A stretch of 64,000 bases of DNA from Chiloscyllium plagiosum (lineage: Eukaryota): positions 5,752,062 to 5,816,061 of the forward strand of contig NC_057719.1 in NCBI RefSeq assembly GCF_004010195.1, read 5' to 3'. This document shows, one piece after another, positions 24,411-36,146 of the stretch; positions within the stretch are counted from its first letter, which is position 1; each line of letters starts with the position of its first letter. The translations under genes and the position numbers were made by a program. The notes beneath the pieces were generated by a model. That model made no database searches, had not been told where the DNA came from, and saw only the letters and a program-made list of their open reading frames with translations.

Positions 24411-25304
24411 CCGTGCTTTACACAGTTTGACAATTGATTTTGAGTATTGGATTTGGATTTTGGGCAATCTCAATGAACTTGCATAGAACTCTGCAGGACA
24501 GGAACGGGCCGAACATGATGCCAAATTAAACTAATCCTTTCTGCCTGACCTTGGTCTCTATCGCTCCATTCCTTGCATATTCATGTCCTTATCTTAAAGT
24601 CCCTTAACCAGCTACTCTCTGTGTAAAAAAAAACGACTTGCCTCTCATATCTCCTTTGAAGTTTCCCCCCTCACCTTAAATGCATGCCCCTTGAACTTGA
24701 CAGTAATAAGTTTATACATTTCGCACACGAACAAATGCCTACTTTTAACAGTACCAAGGGGTACCTGACCTCCCAAAGGGCACCTGTCCAAAGATGACCT
24801 GGTACCAGATTTAAAGGAGTACCTTATTTCTTCCCTGAAGTGGTACTTTAGCTATCTAAATAATCCCACAATGGTCAGAGCTACTCGTACCAAGTCAAAT
24901 CTGCATGCTTCAGCTTTCACACTTCAAGGCTCTCAAAATCCCATTCAGTAAAGAGAACTGATGATGTAAGTGGCCAGCTCCTTTTATAAAAATTTCTGTT
25001 TCAACTCTCTTTCTCATAGGAATAGGAAGTACTGCATTTGAGAGCTGGACTTCGAATTTCCAGGCTCATTTGTTAATTTCACCATGTGGGAGAGGTTGAA
25101 ATCCGAGAAGGTGGAACATTTCAAAGTGGACAGACTATGTTGTGATATACAATCTGGAGCGCAGTGGGACTAGATTGGGTTGGGATATCTGGTCGGCATG
25201 GACGGGTTGGACCGAAGGGTCTGTTTCCATGCTGTACATCTCTATGACTCTAAAAAGACAGAGATAATGCTACTCTGGGTGCCACGTCTACATGCAGACA
25301 ATGG

Positions 25305-26555
25305 GGAGACAATTTTGGGGACCCATGTTCAAATTGCGCCGCGGCAATGCTGGAATTTCAATCCAGTAAAAATCTGAATTAAGAATCTAACGATGACAAT
25401 GAATCCATTGTCAATTGTCAGAAAAACTCATATGGTTCTCTAATGCCCTTATGGGAAGGAAAGTGCTATTCTTCCCTGATCTCGCCTACATGTGACTCCA
25501 GACCCACAGTAATATGGCTTTATACAAATGATTTGGATGTGAACATATGAGGTATGGTTAGTAAGTTTATAGATGACAGCAAATTTGGAGGTGTAATGGA
25601 CAGTGAAGAAGGTGACCTTGGAGTACAATGGGATCTTGATCGAATGGACCAATGGGCTGAGGAGTGGCAGATGGAGCTTAATTTAGATAAATATGAGGTG
25701 CTACATTTTGGAAAAGGCAAATCAGGGCAGGACTTGTACACTGTGTTAAGGTCCTGGGGAGTGTTGCTGAACAGAGAGACCTTGGAGTGAAGGTTCATAG
25801 TTCCTTGCAAGTGGAGTTCCAGGTAGGTAGGATAGTGAAGAAAGTAATATGTTTGTCTTTGTTGGTCAGAGCATTGAGCATAGGAGTTGGGATGTCATGT
25901 TGCAGCTGTATAGGACATTAGTCAGGCCACTTTTGGAATACTGCATGCAAGTCTGGTCTCCCTGCTATAGGAAGGATATTGTGAAATTTGAATGGGTTCA
26001 GGAAAGATTTACAAGGATATTACTAAGGTTGGTGTGTTTGAACAATCGGGAGAGGCTGAAAAGATGGGGCTAATTCCCCTCGAGTATTGGAGGCTGAGGG
26101 GTGACCTTATAGAGGTCTGTAAGATCATGAGGGGCATCGATAGGGTGAATAGCTAAAGTCTTTTCCCCAGTATGGGGAGTTCAAAACTAGAGGGCATAGG
26201 TTTAAGGTGAGAAGGAAAAGATTTAAAAGGGACCTAAGGGGCAACTTTTTCACACAGATGGTGGTGCGTGAATGGGTTGGGGAAGTGGTGGAGGCTGGTA
26301 AAATTACAACATTTAAAAGATGTCTGAATGGGTATATGAATAAGAAGTGTTTAGAGGGATATGGGCCAAGTGCTGGCAAATGAGACTAGATTAATTTAGG
26401 ATATCTGGTCAGCATGGATGAATTGCGGCAGGAGGATCTGTTTCCATGCTGTATATCTCTATGATTGTATGATTCTTAACTGCCCTCTTGGCAATTGGCG
26501 GTGGGCAATAAATGCTGGCCTAGCCAGAGAAGCCACATCCTATGAATGAATGTAA
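25305..26555 (+). mobile_element. Second-family SINE split by a CR1 3' fragment of about 950 bp (25520-26475)
   Basis: SINE core ends gacccacagtaatatgg and resumes at ttcttaactgccctc. The insert encodes SKFIDDSKFGG and LVRPLLEYCMQVWSP. Confidence 0.8.
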
Positions 26556-27293
26556 AAAAGAAAAACAACTATAACAGTTGTCTGTTGTGCAACAAAAGAC
26601 ATTGTAGCAACTAAGTGCAAGGGAACTTTGAACTGCTGCCTGGAATATTATTGTAGCTCAGTGTATGCGACTAATTACGGCAATGTGTGGTTGAGATTGT
26701 CTGGAGCTCCTTATTACATAACCTTTGCTCACTAATGATGCCTTTGAAAACCAAGGAGGTTATCAATTTCTTTTTAGTGTGTCAAAAAAAACATATTTCA
26801 GAGTTGAAGTTATGAAATGGTGTAATTTGTTATTTTTGTCTAATGTATACCTGTTTATCAGTTTTTACTCCAAGGGGACAGTGTTTGGACCGATTTAGTT
26901 CAAATTGAGAAAAGATGGATGCCCCTAAACTCTCAGCGCAGTTTGATTTGTTTGGACTAGTATTGCAAAGTCCTAATTTGACCATGACGTTTATTTTAGA
27001 TTCTACATCATAATTTACACTTCATCAAAAATGCAAAGTTCTGATCTTTATGGAGAGACTTCCATTTAGTCACTAATAGAAATTCTTTCCTGCTTCGAGC
27101 AATTAAAAGTGAACATTTTTAATATCATTCACTCACAGAAGTCTGATACCAGAAAGTGAGATAAGTAACATTTAAGCACACATACTGGAAGAAAATCTGA
27201 TGAGGTGGGAGGAATCTTGCATGGATCATAAGCACTGGCATAGACCTGGACCAAATTGCCTATTTCTCTGTAGTAAATGTCAGGTTTTAAAAA

Positions 27294-27660
27294 ATTCATT
27301 CAGAGGATGAGTGTGTCAATGGCTGGTTCAGCATTTATTGCCCTTCCTGGTTGCCCTTGAGAAGGTTTTGGTGATTTGCCACTTTAAACCGCTGCAGTCC
27401 GTTTAGTGTAGCTAGACCCACAATGGTGTTAGAAGGAATTTTGACCGAACAACTCTAGAGGAATGCTAATATGTTTCAAAGTCAGGATGGTGAATGATTT
27501 GGAGGGGAACTTGCAGATGATTGTATGCCCATGTATTTGCTGTCCTTGTCCTTCTAGGTTTGGAAGCTGCTGTATGAGGAACCTTGGTAACTTTCTGCAG
27601 TTCGTCTTGTGATGGTGCACACTGCTGATACTGAGCGTCAGTGGTGCTGTAACGTTCCAA
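27294..27660 (-). mobile_element. CR1-group (L2/Crack-like) LINE 3' fragment
   Basis: Reverse complement is homologous to 54640-55175. Confidence 0.7.
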
Positions 27661-27777
27661 TTTTGTTCTTTAATTCTTTCACCCTTATAGTTGGCAACGC
27701 TCTGGAGTGAGTGAATTATAAAGGAGTTATGGGGAAATGTCTTCATCCAGAGATTGGTTGGAATGTGGAGCTTCATG

Positions 27778-28365
27778 CCTTGCCTTCATCGACCGGGGCA
27801 TTGAACATACAATTTGGCAAGTTATGTTACAGCTGTACAAAACTTTAGTTTGGCCACATTTGGACTATTGTATGCAGAGCAGGTTGCCGAACTAGCAGAA
27901 TGACATGGATGCTTTGGAGAATGTGTAGAGAAGGTTTACCAGGATGTTGCCTGGTCTGGATGATTTTAGTTATGAGGTTGGATAAACTCAGATTGTTTTC
28001 ACTGGAAAGATGGAGGCGGAGGGTGATCTGATTGAGGTCGACAAAATTTTGTAAGCCGTAGAAAGGGTGGAAAAGTCAATTACAACTTGGCATAGATTCA
28101 AGGTGAGAACGAGAAAGCTTAGGGGAGAAGTGCAGGGGAAACTTTTCACACTGCGGATGATGGTTGCCTGGAAGGCAGTGAAGGTGGTGGAAGCAGGCAC
28201 ATTAGGACTATTTTTAGCATACCTTGATAGATGCATGAACGTGAAGCGAACAGAGGAATAGATATCACGTGTGGGCAGTTTAGTAGTAGTCTAAGTATGA
28301 GCTAGGAGTCAGCACAGGTTTGGTGGGTCAAAGGGCCTGTTTCTGCACTGCATAGTATTATGTTT
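27778..28365 (+). mobile_element. CR1 3' fragment
   Basis: CR1 C-terminal motifs and tail tgggtcaaagggcctgtttc. Confidence 0.8.
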
Positions 28366-29284
28366 TCTCCTGTCTCCTGATGCATTCTTTGACATGCCAA
28401 TCATGTTTTGTAATCTTGCCCCATTTTCAGTAGCGTTTGTACATCAATCTACCAATTTTTAAAAATATATCTTTATTGACGAGCAATATGTGTGTCTATT
28501 TGAAGTATGTGCTGTCAGCCCCTAGTGATTGATACTATCCCATATGTCCCAACTGATAAATCTAATTATTTTCCACCACCTGTCAAATGTCATGTGGCTG
28601 AAATAACTATTTCTAATTTCACAATACTGACCATACCTAAACAAGTTGAAGCTCAAATCAATTTGACAAATTAATATACATCAACCTGTTATATTTGGCC
28701 CAGGTCAAATGTAATTCTTTCTTGCCAAAGGTATTTTACAATTAACCATAATTAAACAATATATATTTAATTCCTCACTTAATCAACTCAAAATGATAAA
28801 ACCTAATTATTAATCATGCAGGTTTGGCAAGTGATTAGGAAGAATGGTGAAGTATTATTTATTGCATGTAGAATGCGATATAAAAGGAGGGATGTTTTTC
28901 TACAGTTTTTCAGCATTAATGAGGTCGCATCTGGAGCTTGTACAATCTCCTTATTCAAGTATGAAGAGTGTTAGAAGCACTTCAGAGGAGTTTCACTCAG
29001 CTGAAATCTTGGATTGTGTCCCCTTGTCCTCACCTGAAACGTTAACTCTGATTTCTCTCCAATGATTCTGCCAGACCTGCTGAACTTTTCCAGCAATTTC
29101 TGTTTTGGAACCTGGGTATTTGTGTTGAGGGTGATGTCTTATGAGGAAAGATTAGACAGGCTGGGCTGTATCAATTAGAGTTTACAAGATAAGAGGTAAT
29201 CTTATTGAGGTAATTCATCCTGAGGGAAGTTGACAGGATGGATGGTGAAGGTTATATGAGAGTACAACAGGACCTTTAAAAAAA

Positions 29285-30620
29285 AAACAAAAGGAATGCG
29301 GATGCTGGAAATTAGAATCAAGAACAGAAATTGCTGGGAAAAGTCAGCATGTCTGGCAGTATCTGTGGAGCGAAAGCATAGTTAACATTTCGGGTCTAGT
29401 GACCCTTCTTCAGAACTGAGGTAGCTGGGAAATGTCGGTTTTTATGCAGAAGATAGGGTGGGGGGAGGGACTAATGAGTAAATAAATAGGCAGGAGTAGA
29501 GCACAAAAAAGAGAAGAACATTTGGTCAGACAAAGAAGTGAATAACTATCAGTCCAGGAGAATGAATACCTGCTTATGGGGATTATTAGTGGCTAATAGT
29601 GAGTTGTGTGTAATAGCAGACCATATGATCGCAAGACCTGGTGTGTGGGAGTTGCACTAAGGGCATGGGAGAAGGTACCTCAAACTCTAAAATTGTTGAA
29701 CTCAGTATTGAGTCCAAAAGGCTGTATCGTTCCACAGTGGAATATGCTGAGCTTTGCAGGAGCACTGCAACAAGCCTGAGACGAGATGTTGGCCAGGGAA
29801 CAAAGCGAGATGTTGAAGTGGCAAGTGACTGGAAGCTAAAGATCATTTTTGTGGACAGAATGTAGATGTTCTGAAAGGCAGTCACCCAACGTAGGGGAGA
29901 CCACATTGTGAGCAGTGAATGCAGTAGACTAGATTGAGTGAAGTGCAGGTGATCTGCTTCACCTGGAAACTGCATTTGGGCCCTTCGATACTGATGCGCG
30001 AGAACGTTAGTGGGCAGGTCATAGATCACTTACAGTTGTAAGGAAAGGTGATGTGAGGCGAGTGAAGGAGGAATGGAGCAGAGGGATTGGTCCTTGCAGA
30101 AGGCTGACATGGGAGGGGAAGTGAATCTGTGTCTGGAGGTGGCAGAAATGGCAGCTAATGATCCATTAGATATGGAGGCTAGTGGGATGGTAGGTAAGGG
30201 GATGGGGGGAATGTGTGGGAGGAGCTGAGGGCTGAAGACCAGGAGATGGGTTGGACCTAGCTGAGGACCCTGTCAGTTATGGTGCTGGGGAATCCTCAGT
30301 TGAGGAAGAAGATGGACATTTCGGAGGCCCCCTTGTCGAAGTTGGAATTGTCAGAACAGATGTGATGGAGATGGAGGAACTGGGAGAATGGAAGAGAGTC
30401 TTTACAGAAAACAGTGTGTGAGGATCTGTACTCCTGCCAACTGTGGGAGTCACTGGGCTTGCAGTGGATATTGGTGGCCAGCCTAACCTCAGGAATGGAA
30501 ATGGAAATGTCAAGAAAAGAAAGGGAGGAGTCAGAGATGGACCAGGTGAAAAGGAGAGCAGTGTGGAGGTGGGAAGCAAAATTGATAAACTTTTCCAATT
30601 CTGGACCAGAGACAAAATCA
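29285..30620 (-). mobile_element. Older Neptune-type PLE fragment; the long form of family B
   Basis: ORF 30296-30769 reads LEKFINFA...FTWSIS.SSLSFLDISI...IHCKPSDSH...CKDSLPFSQFL, homologous to 8380-9147. Family B terminus at 29285-29420. Confidence 0.85.
29380..29417 (-). ncRNA. Minimal type-I hammerhead ribozyme motif (family B)
   Basis: Minus strand reads AGUU-CUGAAGA-A-GGGUC-acua-GACCC-GAAA-U-GUU-AACU, with helix I AGUU/AACU and helix II GGGUC/GACCC. Confidence 0.8.
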
Positions 30621-31511
30621 GCACTGATGATAATCATTGTCGTCTGGGCAAAAGAGTTATGGGTGGGGGCTGGAATAGGACTGGTCACGGTGGTGTTGCA
30701 GTGGAATATAGTTCCTTGAAAGTGGCAGCACAGGGAGACAGCGGTGAAGGAAGGTATTTTTGTATCCATTCATGTGATGAGGGCATAGCATTTATTGCCG
30801 ATTCCCAGTTGCCCAGACGACAGTTAAGAGTCAGTGTCACTGTTGAGAATCTGGCGATTCATAAAGGCCAGATCATGATTTTATCATGACTTCTGTCATT
30901 AATATAGGCACCATCGTAGGGTGACTTAGAACACTTTTCATTGTGTTTTTCTTGTAAAATTGCATACGACTATAAATTATAAAGAAGTTAGGATGGCACT
31001 TTCCTTCCGTAATGGACATTTGTGAATCAGGTGGGTTTTTTCTGACAATTGACAATGGGTTCATAATCATCATTGGACTCTTAATTCCAGATATTTATTG
31101 AATTCATATTCCACCATCTGTCATGTCTCAAGTCCAGTCCCCAGAACATTACCTGGTCTCTAGAAATATTTAAAGAAATAACTAGCAGCTGACCTCAGGG
31201 GATGCAATGTTATACAAAGCACTTTTGTCACAGGTACCATATGTCAGAATTCTTTTGACGTTTCTTTTTTCTCAGAATTAATTTCAAAGTCACTTTCTGT
31301 GGTTAAACTTGCATTTCTGCTCTTCTCCTGTTAACCAGTGAGGCAGATGGGGCCTCACTGATCATTGTTATGATTCTTTACAGCCCCTTATCTAAATTGG
31401 TATTTTTTAAAAATAGCACCCAAACTGACTCAAATACCTGATACGGCACTGTATCCTCATATCTTGTGGACCTTGACTCCATCACAACTCTTCTGTTGTT
31501 TTTAATTTTTT

Positions 31512-31734
31512 GCTTAAAAATGTGTTGCTGGAAAAGCGCAGCAGGTCAGGCAGCATCAAAGGAGCAGGAGAATCGACGTTTCGGGCATAAGCCCTTCTTC
31601 AGGAATTCCTGAAAAAGGGCTTATGCCCGAAACGTCGATTCTCCTGATCCTTTGATGCTGCCTGACCTGCTGCGCTTTTCCAGCAAGACATTTTTAAGCT
31701 CTGATCTCCAGCATCTGCAGTCCTCACTTTCTCC
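31512..31734. mobile_element. Family A spacerless palindrome (94-bp arms) with back-to-back hammerheads and a 35-nt tail
   Basis: 31512-31605 is the reverse complement of 31606-31699, with 3 mismatches by eye, centred on GGAATTCC. Confidence 0.92.
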
Positions 31735-33278
31735 TTGTTTTTTTATTGATGACACTGTGATCATTGTGGCATTTCTATTTTGTTTCTCTTTTAAGATCCA
31801 CATGTTCTGGTTAATAAGATATGACTTCTCAATCTATTTGTATAGGTGGTAAGTGGAATGCCTTATAATCCACCAAGCATTCTGTAGTCTCCCCCAGCCC
31901 TAGAATTCTCAATCTTTGATTTACCCAGCCTACAATCTCGCAAAATCTCTGCACCCATTCCAAAGCCCATTAAGCCACTGAGATATCTGTGACCTCCTTC
32001 AGCTTTGCAGTCTACAGGTCCCCCAATTCTGGTTCTCCTATTGGTGGCCATGCTTTTAGCTGCCTCGCCCCATAGCTTTGGAATCCTTCCCCAGATCTGT
32101 ATCTCTACTTTCCTTCCTTTAAGACCTTAAGAACGTAACACTTTGTTACAATTCCTAATACAGTATCTCCTTATGCAGTTCAGTGTAAAAGTTTGTTTTA
32201 TAGCATATGTGAAGCACTTTGGGATAATTTTGTATGTTACAAGTGAATATAGAAGGATGATCTGACCAAAATATTCCTCATTAAGCAAAAGATAGAACAA
32301 AGTTAAACTTAAACTATTTCTAATGGTTGGGGATTCTAGAACTAGCAGGTATAATTTAAAAGTTAGGTCCAATCCATTCAGGAGAAATGTTGAGAAGCAC
32401 TTGTATACACAAAGGATGATATTTGGAATTATTTTCCACAAATGGTAGTTGATGCCACATCAATAGTTAATTTTTAATCTGAGTTAATAATTTTTCTGTT
32501 AAACAAAAGTATTAAAGAATATGGGCTAAAGGCATGTGTATGGAGTTAGGCCAAAGATCATCCGTAATCTCATTAAATGGCAAAAGAGCCTGAAGGGGCT
32601 GAATGGCCTGCACTTGTTTCTGTATTCCTGTAAATGACAATTCTTTGGCCTTAATGACCTAGTGTACTGCAAAATATCTGAAATGGACAAAGCTGTCCCA
32701 AGTCCTGTCAGTCAAAATGCCAAATGCAGTTGCATGCTGGAGCACATCATTGAAAAGGCTTATGTGCATTTAAAAGGCATTTACAAGTTTTAGATCTTGA
32801 CTAGCACTGGGCTGATTTTGCTTTATGCTACAAATGAAGTTTGAGAAGCTGATTGTCGGTCAAATTGGTGACTGTCTCGACAATCTGTCTCCTGTTCTTG
32901 ATGCTGAAAATATTGTGCTAAATATTAAAATGTACATTTAAATTCCTGTTATGTCTATTTATTTGTTTGTTTCAAAGGCAGAATCTCTTTTAAGTTAGGT
33001 TAGTTGACTTCTATTTTAAATCAGTCCTGTGGAAATAAAAACAGCCTCCAAGTGAGGAATCGCAAGTTTGGTTCCTATATAGGCAGTTATAGTGCTCTCC
33101 TCCCATAGTTTAAGTTGCACATTTTCTGTTGATGAGAGAAACTGGTTTGTACTAAGTAAAAATATCTGTAAACATTAGATAATTAAATATTACACTGCCC
33201 CAGTTCAAAGTCTGTACATTGTTTTCAGTGTTCAATATACGCAGGCTTAATTATTTTGTCCTAATACATAAAAAGTGT

Positions 33279-33402
33279 AACAAAAACAGACATTGCTGGA
33301 AAAGCTCAACAGGTCTGACAGAGTTAACATTTTGGGTCCAGTGACCCATCTTAAGGTCTGAGGAAGCAAGACCTGCTGAACTTTCCAGCAATTTCTATTT
33401 TT
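33279..33402. mobile_element. Collapsed family B fold-back just upstream of the TTC7B acceptor
   Basis: aaaaacagacattgctggaaaagctcaacaggtct ... agacctgctgaactttccagcaatttctattttt. Confidence 0.7.
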
Positions 33403-33496
33403 GTATCTGCTTTATATAAAAGGTGTATATCATTTTCTTAATGAGATTAACAGATTGGCAAAAGAAATAACAAACTATTCTTATTTTTGGAGCCAG

Positions 33497-33618
33497 GTAT
33501 TGAACACAAATATCCAGAACAGGAGTCCAAAACCCGGTTCAGCATTCCAAGAACAGGAATTGGGGTTCTTCCTTGAAACAGGACTTCAAAGAGCTCACGT
33601 CATTTATTTCAAAAATGG
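33497..33618 (+). CDS. TTC7B: Next internal coding exon of TTC7B (probably exon 5)
   Basis: Acceptor ttcttatttttggagccag and donor GG|gtgaga. The 122 nt read VLNTNIQNRSPKPGSAFQEQELGFFLETGLQRAHVIYFKN(G), matching TTC7B NIQNRSPKPG...QELGFFLETGLQRAHVLYFKNG. It starts in phase 0, compatible with the previous exon. Confidence 0.95.
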
Positions 33619-34459
33619 GTGAGATTTCAGATGTTTGCATCTTTGTATGTGTGTATGCAAACAGGTGTGTGTGTGTGTGTGTGAGAGAAAGAGAGAAGCA
33701 GCATAGATGGGAGCTAGGGTAACATATTTGGAACCACTGTGTACGTGCATGCATCATACATCTCTGTCTGCTCAGGTGGATGCAAGTTTCTGTATAATTT
33801 CAAATGTATTAAATTCAGAGAAAAGTATTGAAAGATTTTGGAGAGAAAGTCTAGTAGAAAGGAAAACTAAGTAAAAGAATTTATTAGAAACAAATTCAAG
33901 ACGATGGAAATAACTTATCAATCTGGATTTACTACCTGTTTCTTTCCAAATCCGAGTAAGCAATTCAATCCAGTGATGGAGCATTGTTCTTAGGTTTACA
34001 AATAGAATAGAATAGCAAATTATTGTCATGTGCATTCCTAAAACAAAGTGAAAAGTTTTATAAGCCACCTCCCAACCCTGCTGGGTCAAAATGCCCTCTC
34101 AAAGGGAATTGTGGGTCAACCTACACCAAAAGGACTGCAGTGTTTCAAGAAGGCAGCTCACCACCACCTTCTCAAGGGCAACTAAGGATGGGCAATAAAT
34201 GCTGGTCAGCCAGCGACGCCCACATCTCATGAATGAATGAGTTAAAAACCTACTTCTGGTCCTTCACCCTGCTTCCTGTGTGAGCTTGGATGGGTATGAA
34301 AATCCAATGAAGTCAGTTTTTTTGTTTTGTGCACAATAAAGAGGAATCTAAGCACTGCCTCACTATGTAAACTCTCCTAAGTCTTCAGCCAGTGTTCCTG
34401 ATAAAGAACTATGACAGTAAAATAAGGCTGGGATTTTTGGACATTGACAGTGATCAAGT

Positions 34460-34749
34460 TTTAGATTAGATTAGATTCTCTACAGTGGGGAAACAGCCCT
34501 TCAGCCCAACCAGTCCACACCGACCCTCCGAAGAGTAACCCACCCAGACCCATTTCCCTCTGACGAATGCACCTAACACTATGGGCAATTTAGCATGGCC
34601 AATTCACCTAATCTGCACATCTTTGGACTGTGGGAGGACCCGGAGGAAACCCATGCAGAACGGGGAGAACGTGCAAACTTCACACAGACGGTCGCCTGAG
34701 GCTGGAATCGAACTTGGGACCCTGGTGCTGTGAGGCATCAGTGCCGCCC
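34460..34749 (-). mobile_element. V-domain tRNA SINE
   Basis: Homologous to 11553-11879. Confidence 0.88.
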
Positions 34750-35049
34750 CTGAAGAAGGTATTGCCCTAATTTCTTCTTCAGTCTATATAGTCGTTCGAT
34801 AACTACCCTAGTCCATTTTTGGCAAAGGGTTACAGAAGGTTCTGTTTTAAGTTCTGTGTTGTAATATATGTGAAAACTTCTGTCTTCATCTTGCAAAAAT
34901 GCTTTCAAGATGTATTCCATTCTTCATGAAGAATGGAACTTTATGCATCACCCCCCACGCAAGTAATTTGATGTCTGTTTCTAATTAAATTGTGTGTATT
35001 TTTACGAGTAAATATTCACCCTTCTGAAAGGAGCAAGACCCAAAAAGGG

Positions 35050-36146
35050 CAGTTAACTTAGTGTCTATTATTGGGAAAATGTTGGAGTCTATTATATAAG
35101 ATGTAATAGCAGAGCATTTAGAAATACATAATACAAAAAAGCAGTGTCAGCATTGCTTCATGAAAGGGAAATCATGTCTAACAAATTAACTAGAATACAT
35201 TGAGGTGGTAAGGAGGAGGATAGGTAAAGGGGATGCAGTGGATTTTAAACATTGAGATTTTCAGAAGATGTTTGATAAAGTAGGTTATTGATAAGATAAA
35301 TGTCTATGGTGTTGGAGGCAGTATATTATTATAGATTGAGGATTACCTAAGTAATACAAGACAAAGCTGAAGAAAGTGGGTGCATTTTAGACTGGCAACC
35401 TGTAGCTAGTGGTGTGTCCCACAGATCGCTGAAGGAAGTGAATGTACTTCAGTTAAGTTTGCAAATGAGACAAAAGTAGGTGGGAGGGTAAGTGATGGGG
35501 ATGACACACAGAATCCGCAGAGGAATATAGACAGGATAAGCGAGCGAGCAAAAACTTGACACGTGGGGAAATGTGAAGTTATGCACTTGGACAAGAAGAG
35601 TAGAGGAGTTGAATATTATTTAAACGGAAAAGGAGTGGAGAAATCTATAGAACAGGGCCATTTAGGAGCCCTTGTGCATGAATTGCAAAAAGAGTTCACG
35701 GGTAATAGGGAAGGCAAATGAAATGTTGGCTTTTAATTCAAATGGTATGAAGTATACAAATAGAGAGGTTTTTGTCAAACTAAACAAGGCACTACAGATA
35801 GAATATTGTGAACAAGTTTGGGTGTGTTATCTTATGAAAGGTATACTGGCATTAGAGGTAGTCCAGGGAAGATTTAGTAAACTGCTTTTAGATATGGTCT
35901 TCTGTGGTATAGGTTGGGCCTGTACTCTTCGGAATCTACAGAATGAGGCATGGAGTTCTTGAAGCATATAAAATTCTTAGAGGACTTGACTGGGCAGAAA
36001 AGTAAGGTTCTTTTCCCTTGTGGAAGAGTCTAGGAACAGAGAGCATAATCTCAGAATAAGCAATTTCATCTCTGAGGATAGTCAACCTGTGGAATTCCTT
36101 ACCACAGAAAGCTGTAGAGGCTGCATTTTTAAATATATTCAAGGCT
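35050..36146 (+). mobile_element. Decayed CR1 RT fragment
   Basis: Remnants of QH.FMKGKSCLTN, DFQK.FDK and KFA..TK.GG. Confidence 0.8.

Larger units (their letters stand above)
7011..33496 (+). other. TTC7B: TTC7B GT-AG intron, about 26.5 kb
   Basis: GT at 7011 and AG at 33495-33496; the flanking exons join in frame. Confidence 0.85.

Noticed and set aside
24990..25140. Strong-looking acceptor (ctctctttctcatag) as a hidden exon
   Set aside because: All three frames hit stops within about 100 nt, there is no TTC7B similarity, and the two flanking exons already join in frame.
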